Shown piece by piece: positions 24,252 through 35,708 of a stretch of DNA of 56,575 nt. Each line of letters starts with the position of its first letter. Position 1 is the first letter of the stretch. This DNA is from Negaprion brevirostris (lineage: Eukaryota): NCBI GenBank assembly GCA_030324005.1, contig JARDVH010000124.1, positions 22,786,401 to 22,842,975 of the forward strand. Direction: 5' to 3'. The position numbers and the translations under genes are program-made. The notes below the pieces were generated by a model. That model had not been told where the DNA came from and searched no databases. It saw only the letters and a program-made list of their open reading frames with translations.

Positions 24252-27200
24252 CTAGAAACAGGGAAAGATTTATCTGTAAATAAAGGGCAAAAAGACTAAT
24301 GGAGTTGGTTATTTGAACAAAGAAAGTAATCTTATTCAGGCAACAAGAGTACATCCACGACATTTGAAACATTAATAACTAATGCAAGGCCCAATTAAGC
24401 CAGCATATCTATAGGGATTTACAGATTTGTTTAAATGTAATAAGGTATAGCTTTCTGATATGTGAAACACTAACAAAATGACGATTTATCTGTTAAGAAC
24501 CACACCAAATTGAAGATGACAGGAGAAGGATACTAAAGAAAGGAATGAAAGAAAGAGAAGGAACAAGAAACCATGGAAAATGCAAAAAAAAAACAAGAAT
24601 AACTGGTTCTATGGCCTGCAGGCTGTGGCTGATTCTTTTAATGGTCTGCAATGGAAAACGCAAGTCAATTAAGGTTTGGTTGATTGAAAAAAGGTTCACA
24701 TTTCATTAATAGGGTTCCTTGTATGCGTCATTTTCACACCAGCTATCTGTGAGAGGAAAGAAGGCTTTTATTGTACTTCACAATTCCTGGAGCAGTTTGG
24801 CCAAGGATTCATTGTTAGAGTACATTTGGTTTATTTTACAAACAAGCAATAGTTCAACCACCTAATAAAATTTGCAAACAACAACATGTAGTAATTATTA
24901 GTAGGGCTCTTTCAATTTTCACTAAAAAGATAGAAGAAAATGTATTAGTATTCACACTACAAATAATCTTATTTTGTCCTGCATTTTGCCAAAGGAAAGG
25001 GGTATGCAGTTCACAGCTGAAGTTTGCTAACATTACAAATGCCACCCCAATTGTTTGCAGCCCAGTGTTAGAAGTTCACTCCCATTAGAAATCTGTCAAA
25101 TATATTCAGGGCCAGGATGATAAGACATATTTGAGACAGTTTTTATACAGAGTTCAAGCCACAGAAGCCTGCTTGGTCAAATACATGCTGAACTGTAATG
25201 TATGCATGCAGTTAAACACATGGTTCCTCAAGACAAGAGAGCCATGTAACGGACAGGAACATGCAAGTGAAGCAGCAGGGCATGCATCATATTAGAACAA
25301 AGCTGAAGGTGAAAGGACCAACTTGGTGGGCTCAAAACAGAAAAACGCAACACCAACAACCAGGTAATTGCCAAATGAATAGAACTCTGACTCCAAAATA
25401 ATTGCAAGCCATTGGCTAATAAAGTGCAAACAATCTTGATTTAACTCAACCCTGAACTACTGAGGGAAAATGGTCCCTAGGTCTGGAAATTGTATTTAAA
25501 CAATGCATAAATAATTTCTTGACAATGCAGCGGTTTATTTAAATACGGATCCCAGAAAGCATTGTAAGAATGTAGACAATCTACAGGTACACATTAAGGT
25601 ATCAGATCAGATGCAGAACAAAAATCAAATGCACGAGACTGGGATTCATCTGCATCAGTGCATTGCAGATGAATACACAATTTCAAAACTTAAACAAGTC
25701 ACCTAACATTGACAGCAAAGTCCAAATGAGAGCTAAATAATTTCTCAATAACTGGTTGGGGGAGGCAGGAAATGGAATTTATAACATTTTCAGCAATTGT
25801 TAGTCACCCAAAATTAAGGATAACAGATAAAGCATGCTGAACCTTTTACAGCTGCTACTTCTGATATCAATACCTTCAACTTTATATATTTTCCTTCCAT
25901 CATTGCTTGTGTCCTGGAAAGTTCTAGAAGTCATTTTTATTATTTTCTCCCATTTAGAGATTCCTGGGATATCAGCTCTTCCCCGGCTTGGTGTTTGCGG
26001 ACACATTAAAGTAGGATTATAGGCTTACTCTCCTTTTTTGTTGCTAAGTGACTTGCCTCCCAATAAGAACGTGTTGGTGTGGGAAATCGTGAGCCATAGT
26101 GGGAATACATTAGGAACTTCATGTGGTTTTCATAAAGTTATTTCACTGCAGATTAAAGCTTTTTAATCTCAATCTCCATCACCAAAATTTGTCCTGCCCT
26201 CAGTTGAATTCTCCCACAGGGTGGTCAGGCAATAGGTCACAGGGCTCGTGCTTTGGTCCGTGCCTCAGGATGTCAATGTGTACATCTCTCATAATGGAGT
26301 ATTTATTGATTCAACCCAACCATAGGCTCTGCCCACAAGGAATTGCTCATGCAAGTGTATGTCCCATGATTCAGTGGCACGTAGATTGGTAACCATTCTA
26401 TCTATACTGTCCTTCAACTTTCAATTCTTTGTCAACTTTTGAGTAAAATGCAATGCTAATTACACTCAATTTAATGACTTTCCAATACTTGACTACAAGT
26501 TTCCCAAAAATATCAAAATGAACTGAAAAATTCCACCCCTTCTTCAGGAAAGTTTTAATTTTTTTAAAAAAAGGGCATTAACCATTTTGCCGAAACAAAT
26601 GATTGCTCCTTCCAAACTGAGGAAAAGCTCAAATGGAATTTTGCTTAAGGGAGCCACATAGTTCAACAAGGTCCCAGGTTTGATTCCAAGTACGTAATAA
26701 CTTAAGTTCACCTCAGCCAGAGGTTTTTTTTTGGGGGCAGGGGCATCAGCAATATGCCTTAGTAAGCTTAAGTCAAGAAAGAACCACAAAAAACAAGAAA
26801 TCAAGGCTTCTGCTCCTGAACACTTATTGACCGCTGCTGAAGGAGTTGAAGACAATGGAAGGTTGAACTGAACTCATTTGTGATGCCCACCACCACTCAT
26901 TATATAGATTCAAGTTTGAAGAAGGCCATTTGGGTATAGCACTACAGGAGACCTTACAACCTTTGAGCCAAACCCAATGAAGAGTCAATGCTTTCACGAA
27001 AGGTAAGAAATTGGATTCAAATAATTATTTTAAAAATTGAATTTTGAATATTAAATTACAATATTCATCCCCCCCCCATTATTTTGCTGTTGTAGAATTG
27101 CAAAGAAAATATTACGTTAAAAGTGTCCTGTAACCCAAAATTTTTATTAGAAATCATTATTGAAGAATTGTTTATCTGCCACATGTTTTGCAGTCTGGTC

Positions 27201-28079
27201 TGTATCAATTGGGAAGGAAACAATTTCTAAACCCACTTTTGCAAAATTTGCCCCATCCTGAGCACTAACCCTCAAGTACAAAGTTGATATCTGAAATAAG
27301 AAAGGAGCACCTTTGGCAACTTTAAAGAGGATAATTGTGCAATTAGATCAGCCAAAGAATCCCATTTAGAACTGTTTACTTGGAATCTTTACTTGTTCCT
27401 CTTTATATCATAATTTTTAAATATTAGTCCATTGAAAATACTTAATGACGATTTAAACTCTACAGCCACTCAAATGATTAACCAATCCATAAAGCAAAAA
27501 GAACTGCTTGATGGCCAAACGCCCAGAGAAAGTGGTTAAAAAGTGTGGCAGTCTCAAATTTACTACTGCTTTTACACAAATCAGTTATCAGCTGACAATT
27601 CTCTGGCACCTGTTCAGTAATGCACTGATGTTTGTCCATCACTTGGCAATTGTCTGTGCTGCATCTTACACAATATTTACATTTAATTTGAGCACCATTT
27701 ATTAGAAATGACACAGTTAAATAAGCAGATGAAAAATGTATCTTCCAGTCATAGAATTTGGTTGGAAGCACAATTATATTTTACATCTTAATTATGCTTT
27801 AAGATCATGATTATAGAATGAAAGTAAGTTACTCTTAACATACATGCCAACATAAAGACAGTGCAAAAAAGAAACACACACAAGTGCACAGTCTCCATAA
27901 GCCTCACTACATGAGCTGGAATTTCAGTACTTCCAATAATTTAAAGCTAAGTGTGGTTAAAGAGACTGTAGCACGGTCTAAATTAAGGGAAATGAAGTAT
28001 GAAAGAGAAAAAGAGTGATCGAGCACCACTTTACATGAAAAATTAAAAGATTTCAACTTGGAAGAAGCAAAATACCTAC

Positions 28080-28104
28080 CATGACAACATTCCCACTTCA
28101 AAGA
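28080..28104 (-). CDS. TCF7L2: tcf7l2 25-nt alternative exon 16 (stop-introducing after C-clamp exons)
   Basis: cag|TCTTTGAAGTGGGAATGTTGTCATG|gtaggt. Same length and same ends as the mammalian 25-nt exon (TCTTTGAA..ATG, recalled); gives ..S-L-stop after exon 14 or 15. Confidence 0.8.
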
Positions 28105-29119
28105 CTGCATGTGTCAGGACAAAGAAATAAGATTTAACCAAATGCAGTCAACAGGAACGATGTATATAAACAGGACAAAACATTTATTCCCTCTACCCAG
28201 CCAAGTCCTAAGAATTAGAGAATTGGCAACCAGAGTAGTTCAAAAATTTCTAGAGTACCCAGATTAGCTGTGGTGGATAAGCCTTTGACCGTTTGATGTC
28301 TGAGTTTGTTTAGTTAAACCGAATTGTAAGAAAACTAAAAGAAAAATTTAATTGTGTTACTTAAAAAGATATTCCAACAGATTTTGCACTCGCCTGAAAA
28401 TGAAAGTTTCCTCTGAACGAGCTTGTAGCTGGTATGACGCCCAATTACTAAAAATAAATTGGCGATTAATACAAAAAATGTAAAGACATAGTTACTGGAG
28501 TGCACAAATACCTTTCTGCTTCTTGGAAACTTAGCTGTTGTACAATTATGTGATAACTACTCAGGAGAGGCGACTATTTTATCAACAACAGTCTCTGTAA
28601 AAATGTTGAAATTTCACATTTACTGACTAAAATGAACTCATGCACAGAAGGATATCAGTACATGTTGTGCACTTAGAACTGCAATGTCTACACATTCACC
28701 GGAAACCAGGTGAGTTTTCTAAAAGAAATATATATATATATATATGTACATACATATACAGATCTTTATGAACCATGGAAGGTTAGTAGTTAGAGCCAGT
28801 TTTCAAGATTAAAACTTCTCTCTCCTCTGTCCTAGGTTTCACTGCACCAATCTCCGACACAAGGTCACAGGCCCATCGCAACCACGGTTTGGGGAGGGCC
28901 AGGAAAGTAGGGTGGGGATAAAGGAGGTGGACAGTGCTTGCAAGGAGATAGACCAATGCTGCTAATAAAAGGCAACAGGTAAAAAAAGAAAAGAAAAATA
29001 AAAAAATCTGCAATAAGCTATAGAATATTAGCACATTAGAGCACAGGAAAGTCACACGAATGCACTACAAATCCAATAAAAGGGCATATTTAATTCCGGA
29101 AGGCCTAATGGGAGTATAC

Positions 29120-29192
29120 CTGCAAGGTTTGCACCATAAACTCTGTTGGTCTAGCCCGAACAATGCCCGACACTTCTTTGGAGTATTTGCAT
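29120..29192 (-). CDS. TCF7L2: tcf7l2 exon 15 (C-clamp, CRALF)
   Basis: 73 nt, ag|..|gtatac; [24 protein letters not shown](R). Confidence 0.95.
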
Positions 29193-29461
29193 CTGTTAGC
29201 ATGAAGTAAACAAAAACAACAAATGGAGGATACTGCTCACTGGATGTGACATCTCAGCCAGAGCTAGTGGTTTAGCTGGCCAAGTTGGCATTCTCCCCTC
29301 ATCGCTTTTTAAAACAAAATTAGCACTTCCTAGCAACAATAAATGCAAGGGTAAGTAGCAGCATCCAATTAAAACACTGAAACAGTGATAGCAAGAAGGG
29401 GAAAGTACCAATTTAACCCAGCTGAAACCAACCATAGCAAACCTGGGAAAACGATACACAC

Positions 29462-29534
29462 CTGCACGGGCCGCACCAGTTATTCTGTTGATCAAGGCCA
29501 AAGCGCGCTCGGCATTTCTTAGGAGCGCTCAGAT
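29462..29534 (-). CDS. TCF7L2: tcf7l2 exon 14 (C-clamp, CRARF)
   Basis: 73 nt, ag|..|gtgtgt; DLSAPKKCRARFGLDQQNNWCGPC(R). Confidence 0.96.
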
Positions 29535-30322
29535 CTGAACAAATTGGAAGAAAGCGAGCAGAGGAGACAGAAAAGGAAGAAAGAGAGACAAGAAAACAAA
29601 AAGGAATGAATCAATTTATCAGTTACCAGTGATCAGCAATGCCCTCTAATTTCATAAAAATGTATAAAAATCACAGCTGTATTTTTCACCCATTTAAAAA
29701 GCACCAATATTGTGTGGCAACACAGATTTGAATTATTTTATAGTAGATTTTAAATGAGAATTCACAAAAAGGAGTCAGTGGACTGAATAAAGAACCTGCA
29801 GGTTAGTGCCAGCAGAGGATGTTAAACTTGCATCAAGCTAAAAAGGTTAAAGTGCTTAGCAGAAGGAGCTAGATAGCAGGGTCAATTTTACATGCATGCC
29901 TTCCAACGGCAAATGTGAAGTAGGATAATGGGATTAGTCTAGCAGGTAAGGCTAATTACGTAGAGGATGCATCAGAAAACAGGTACAGCCCAAATTAATA
30001 TGTCAATACAAGACAATAAGTACATAAAACAGTAAGCTTCAAAATATTTCATGTTACAATAGCTAAGGCAATAATTTGTTTTTTTAAAAAAAAGGAGTTC
30101 TACAAAAACGAGTATTAAAATGTCTACAATTCATGCACTGATAACTTTATCATAATCGGAAAGGCAAACAAGCCACAAAATTAAGACTGCCATAAATACT
30201 ATTATAATTAACAATGTTATAAAACATGGTTAGCAGCAGCTAGGGTTTCATCTGATTAAATGCCGTCATTTGGATATGTGAAGGGTGCCCTTTATAATGG
30301 AAGATAATTGCTGTCTACTTAC

Positions 30323-30371
30323 CATTGGTTTCCCCTGCCTGCTTTTCCCTTTTCCTCTTCTTCCTCTTGCC
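30323..30371 (-). CDS. TCF7L2: tcf7l2 exon 12 (basic tail/NLS)
   Basis: 49 nt, tttag|..|gtaagt; GKRKKRKREKQAGETN. Confidence 0.95.
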
Positions 30372-30718
30372 CTAAATAGGAAGAGACAAAAGAAAAAGAA
30401 ATGGAGGAGGGGAGAAAATAGCACAAACTCAGCTTGTCCATTTNNNNNNNNNNCATCAATCAGAATAAAAAACATCTCAGAAGAATAAAATTGCCCCTTC
30501 CGATCAACTCTGTGAAACAAAGCTACGTGAAGGACAGCTCTGTGGTGCACATACAAGCTTCTCAAGATGGGAGGACAATGTTGGCTTCATCTTGGTCATT
30601 ATTTGTAACATTAGACTGACATGTATGATGTGCACACTGCTGGGCCTGTGGAGAACAAAAAATAAATAAATGGGAGTGGGGGCAGGGAACAGGGAAGCAT
30701 GTAGAGAACGAAACTTAC

Positions 30719-30826
30719 ATAGTTGTCTCGTGCTGACCAGCCCGGGTAGAGTTGCATGTGAAGCTGCCGTTCCTTTCTGGCTAACTCATAGTACTTTGCT
30801 TGTTCTTCTCTAGACAAAGCATGCCA
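30719..30826 (-). CDS. TCF7L2: tcf7l2 exon 11 (HMG box, C-terminal half)
   Basis: 108 nt, cag|..|gtaagt; [36 protein letters not shown]. Confidence 0.98.
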
Positions 30827-31517
30827 CTGAGAATAAACAGGGTTGGATGTAGGAGAAATAGATCACATTAATACTTGCATATAAAAATGCCTGAAAAGGT
30901 TAATGCATAATAACTGGGATGTGTATCACAATATAATGAAAAGCATCAACGTTAGCACCATGTTATATCTGAATAGATTCACTTACTGTGGAGAAACACC
31001 CCCCCACCACCCCCAACAGAATTCATTGTAAAAGCAGAATAAGGAGACTCATCAGCTATATATTAAGTGTTTGGAGGAGGGCCAAAAGAGGAACTATTCA
31101 ACTAAAATAAAGATGAACCATCAAAATCAAGAGAAGATGTACTAATATTGTAAGGGCTTTTTAAGAAGTATGGCACAGCATGTTTAATCATTTCACAGCT
31201 GAGATGGAGTTCTTAAATTGAGAAGCTGAAGTGAATATAGAGGTTAATAAAAGTGGACAGGTATTTACTTTATCTGTGTAACACTCCTCTCCATGCTATT
31301 TTAAAGGAAGCATTAAACCATTCATTGATTTTCACATGCTGTCATTCACTATTATTGGCAACACTTGCTTCCAATTCCTAAGGAGTGTTGATCCCAAATT
31401 GAGATATGAAAAAAGTAATGGCCAATGTAAAAAAAAAAATCACCACTCACTGACTACCCTGATCACCAAGATTACATTTCTAACCTGGTCTTGTGCAACG
31501 TGGTTTAAGCTACTTAC

Positions 31518-31680
31518 CCTTCGGCCAAGGATCTGATTGATGGCCGCACTCTCTTTCAGCGTGCACTCTGCTACTACCTTTGCTCTCATTTCCTTCATGT
31601 ACAACATGAATGCATTCAAAGGTTTCTTTATGTGTGGCTTTTTCTTTTCCTCTTCTTTTTTGGCATCCTGATGATGTTTT
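31518..31680 (-). CDS. TCF7L2: tcf7l2 exon 10 (HMG box, N-terminal half)
   Basis: 163 nt, cag|..|gtaagt; [54 protein letters not shown]. Confidence 0.98.
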
Positions 31681-32125
31681 CTGAGAAAGTGAAAACAGTT
31701 ACCAGCTTCACCAGTAAAACTAAAACAACCATTTCTTTCTCAACAAAAGGCTACATTTTAAATGATTCAATATTAAAATCACAATAAGAACAGTAGGGTA
31801 CAATGTGGGANNNNNNNNNNNNNNNNNNNNNNNNNNNNNNNNNNNNNNNNNNNNNNNNNNNNNNNNNNNNNNNNNNNNNNNNNNNNNNNNNNNNNNNNNN
31901 NNNNNNNNNNGGGAACGGAGTATCTTAGTACTATGTTCCCAGGGTGCCTCTGCCTGTCTAAAAAAAATTTTTGTAATCTTCAACTGTGACTTCCAGTTAA
32001 TACACAATATCCAAGATTTGAATCAACTCATCTATAAATTTTGAAAAGAAGTTCAATCATGGCAAATTTTCAGAAATTATGAAGTCTTACGGACATTAAG
32101 ATAAAATGATAGGTTGGTGACTTAC

Positions 32126-32266
32126 GAGTTATTGAGGGATCCGATGTCGCTCTGGGAAGACTCTTGTTTGACAGTTGGTGTGACTATGGCTGGATGAGGA
32201 ATTCCCGTTGTGTGTAAACTGTGATGTGGTGGAACCATGTGTGGGGGGAACCTACCAGAGAGAAAA
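32126..32266 (-). CDS. TCF7L2: tcf7l2 exon 9 with alternative acceptors (exon starts at 32266 long, 32251 short)
   Basis: cacag|TTTTCTCTCTGGTAG|GTTCCCC; (SFLSG)[42 protein letters not shown]; donor gtaagt. Confidence 0.96.
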
Positions 32267-35200
32267 CTGTGTAAATCAACAGAACAAAAATGAATGAACG
32301 GGAGGGATGGGTACATTTGATATATAAGCAAGCATACATGCAAGCACAAGCTGTCACAATCACTATGTAGCTGTGATTAATAACATAAAAATGAATCATT
32401 ATACAACTGTCGATTTGACTTTGAGGCTACGGATAGTGTTTATAGTGATAAAAAAAATTACAATTTAAGCACTGTATAAATACAATACATTGCTACATAA
32501 ATTCTAAGTCTTTCTTTTATAGATCTCTGTACAATAAGCCTTTCAAAAGAGCAGCTTTGGTTTGACCCTTTTGACAATGTTTGCATTATCACCTGTCCAG
32601 GTTTATACATGGTCAAATTGCAATTTCTAGCATTATTGAAATGGGCTGAATTTTAGATACACCAAAATCTTCCACTGAATCAAGCCAACAAAATCATTTC
32701 CTATTAATATAATAATGATATATTTACTGCTTCATTTCAAAATATAGCAAAATGATTTTGGAGTGAACATTTGTGTCCAATTACACAGCATGTGGGAGGC
32801 AGTTATTGTGTTAGCTGACAGATGCAGATTCTTTTTTTTTCCTGGAGTGAAATATTAGCAGAGTGAGCAGTGAAAATACCATTTACAGTTACCACACAAA
32901 CATAAGACAGTACACAGCTGAAGTATTTTATAGTACACTAGGGCTTTCAAAAGCTCAAGAGTATTATTCTTCATGTGATGAAGTGGTTACATTCATTTCA
33001 TTACCTGAAGAGACTTATGAGGGTTCAGAAGTTAATGGACACTATAAAATGTCAATCTATCATAAGGTGATTACTACCACACTATCTACAAAATATTTGA
33101 AATTTGGTATAGCTTTTGCATTATTTAATAGATATATCTACAACTGAACAAGGAAACTACATTATATTATAGATATATTCCATTGTAAAAACTAAAAATT
33201 CTAAACAGCTAATTATGAAAAAATCCTGACTGCTTTTATGGCTGCAAGCCAGAATATAATGATGTGCATAAACTTGCAGGCCATGTTACGAACAAACTCA
33301 TTTTTGTTCCACGGTGTCTCTGGGGTTTCTATCGCGTTCACTCTCACTTTATTTCACTGTTGACATTTTTCTGTTAACTGCATGTCATCTGCCTGACTTT
33401 GTTTTATGTGAGAGCTGTGGGAAGCTTTTCTCCCCCTTGCAAAAAAAACAGCCTCTTTGAGTTGCAGCTAGTTTGTCATTATTCCCCCTCCTCTCCCTGT
33501 GCAGTTGTTATCTCTCATCTTTCCAAGCTCAATTTTCCTGAGCTTTCTAAACCACCACAAACCCACATTATGGTTTATACATGATGCTGATCCCTTTGAA
33601 GGCAGCACATTTCAGAGCGGGCCCTAGTCAGGAGAAGCACCTTCAGCCAATTTACTAGGCTGAGGGGCCCCGAAGCTCTAACATCTCAATCTAACAGGGT
33701 CACAGGGTGGCACAAGTGAATGTCAGCTATTGCTATTTAATTGCCAGTCTATGCCTCTCTGCTATGTTTAAAGTATAATGACCCATCACTTAATTCGAAG
33801 AAATCACTGCCCTACTACTGGATGGAATATATATCAAAAGGTGTGCTCTGGCAGGGCATGGCGTCTACATTTCCTACGGATGTCATACGAATAATACAGA
33901 CGTGTAGTTTCATCACCCNNNNNNNNNNNNNNNNNNNNNNNNNNNNNNNNNNNNNNNNNNNNNNNNNNNNNNNNNNNNNNNNNNNNNNNNNNNNNNNNNN
34001 NNNNNNNNNNNNNNNNNNGCTACTGCACAAGTGCCTTCTGTTCTATTTTTTTCATCTGAATAACTAATGTATGCCCCTACAGGAAAAACTGTTGAAGAAC
34101 TGCTAAGTTGCTTTAATGACCGCCTTCAAAAAGCGTACAAATCGTGCTTCTTCCTTGACAACTTGATCCCTCCCCACATTCTATTTGTGGGGGAGCAAGG
34201 GGGATAAGCTAAAAGACAGCCATGTGCACCCGGAAACTAGTCCTGTACCTTTCCCTCTTCTGAGATGAGTACCTTCTCACTCCTGTAAACTGGGGCCAGG
34301 CTTCCAGCTATACGATTGCAATACTGAAAAATCGTGAATATTTGACACATTCCTGAGAGTCATATTTTGCTATTCTGTAATGAACATTTTTTTGTTATTC
34401 TGCTAAACCTCTGGAAATTGTTAGTTTTAAATGGTTAATTTATCCTGCCCCGATCTAAAGCTGTACTTTTACAAATGCATCTACTTAGTCTCTGGAGATG
34501 GGGAGCCTTGCCTAATAATCTATGCTAATTTAATTAACAGCTATCATCAAAATGCATTAGCTGTTTCAGCCCATCAGTAAAGTCTAACCCTCCACCAATT
34601 AAATTAGCTGAACTCTAAATCAGATGAACAGAAAATAAACCCATCATTAGGAGCAATTAGTGATTGCTTAAATACAGTGCTATGGAGTAGTTTGTAAATA
34701 TACTTGTAGCCACTGGGAAATTAACTAGTACTGGATTAATTGGGGCTGTGACGAACAGTCAGAGCCCCGATCAAAACAGTAGCTTTTCAAGTTCTGAACA
34801 TCAGCTTCCAAGAGCTTTGATGTATCATCAATTACCAGTCTCTCTTATTGGTTTTGTATGTTTGCATTTGTTGTGTATGCATATGGACATTAACATTGTA
34901 CACAGGACTGGAATCCGGTGTGGTAATGCTGATGCATTGTAAACTTTAATACATGCATATTTTATCCTGCATGGCAGCTACCTTGGCTAGTTAAAATTAG
35001 TTACAGATTTACAATACCTCATTACTTTATTTTATTTTACCTCCAGTATTACTAAATATCCATTTAAATTTTACATGGCTGGCACAATTAAATCTTGTGA
35101 AAATTATTGCATTTTTCCATTAAGAGGGTCTCATTACTGCTACAATACAGTTTACCAATACCACAATTATACAATTATACTGAAGCCCACAGGCATAATT

Positions 35201-35401
35201 TGGTGTCAGCATTTGGGCTCCACACTGCAGGACTAAGTGAGACTACCAAATAGGACTGGATGATCTCAGTTGCACTGTATAACAAAGTAAACCTTGAATT
35301 TTATTTTGTTTCTTTTTTAAGATTTATAGAGCAAATAAAACTGATGGGCAAAATGGTCCAAATGGAACGGTTCCAGTGCCAGTCCAAATGTAGGTTACAG
35401 G

Positions 35402-35708
35402 ATGGCATAGGGCACTTCGGTTAGCACTGCTCTCTCATAGTGCCAGGAACCCAGGGTTCACCTGGGGTGACTGTGTGGAATTTGCACGCTGTCCCTGTGT
35501 CTGCATGGGTTTCCTCCAGGTGCTCTGGTTTCCTCCCATAGTCCAAAAATGTGCGGGTTAGGTGGACTGGCCATGCTAAATTGCCCCTTAGTGTCAGGGA
35601 GTCTAGCAGGGTGAACATGTGGAAATATGGGTTAGAGCCTTGAGTAGAATTGTTGTCGGTGCAGCTTGATGGCCTGCTGCTGCATGATAGGGATTCTTTG
35701 ATTCTATA
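35402..35708 (+). mobile_element. HE1-type V-SINE
   Basis: GGTTAGCACTGC..GGGTTCA head, V-domain, CR1-like tail ..GATAGGGATTCTTTGATTCTAT. Confidence 0.85.

Noticed and set aside
28826-28866. Possible third C-clamp-like exon (TGTCGG..TGGTGCA on minus strand)
   Set aside because: Spacing and translation do not give CRAxF/WCxxC, and there are no splice sites on that strand.
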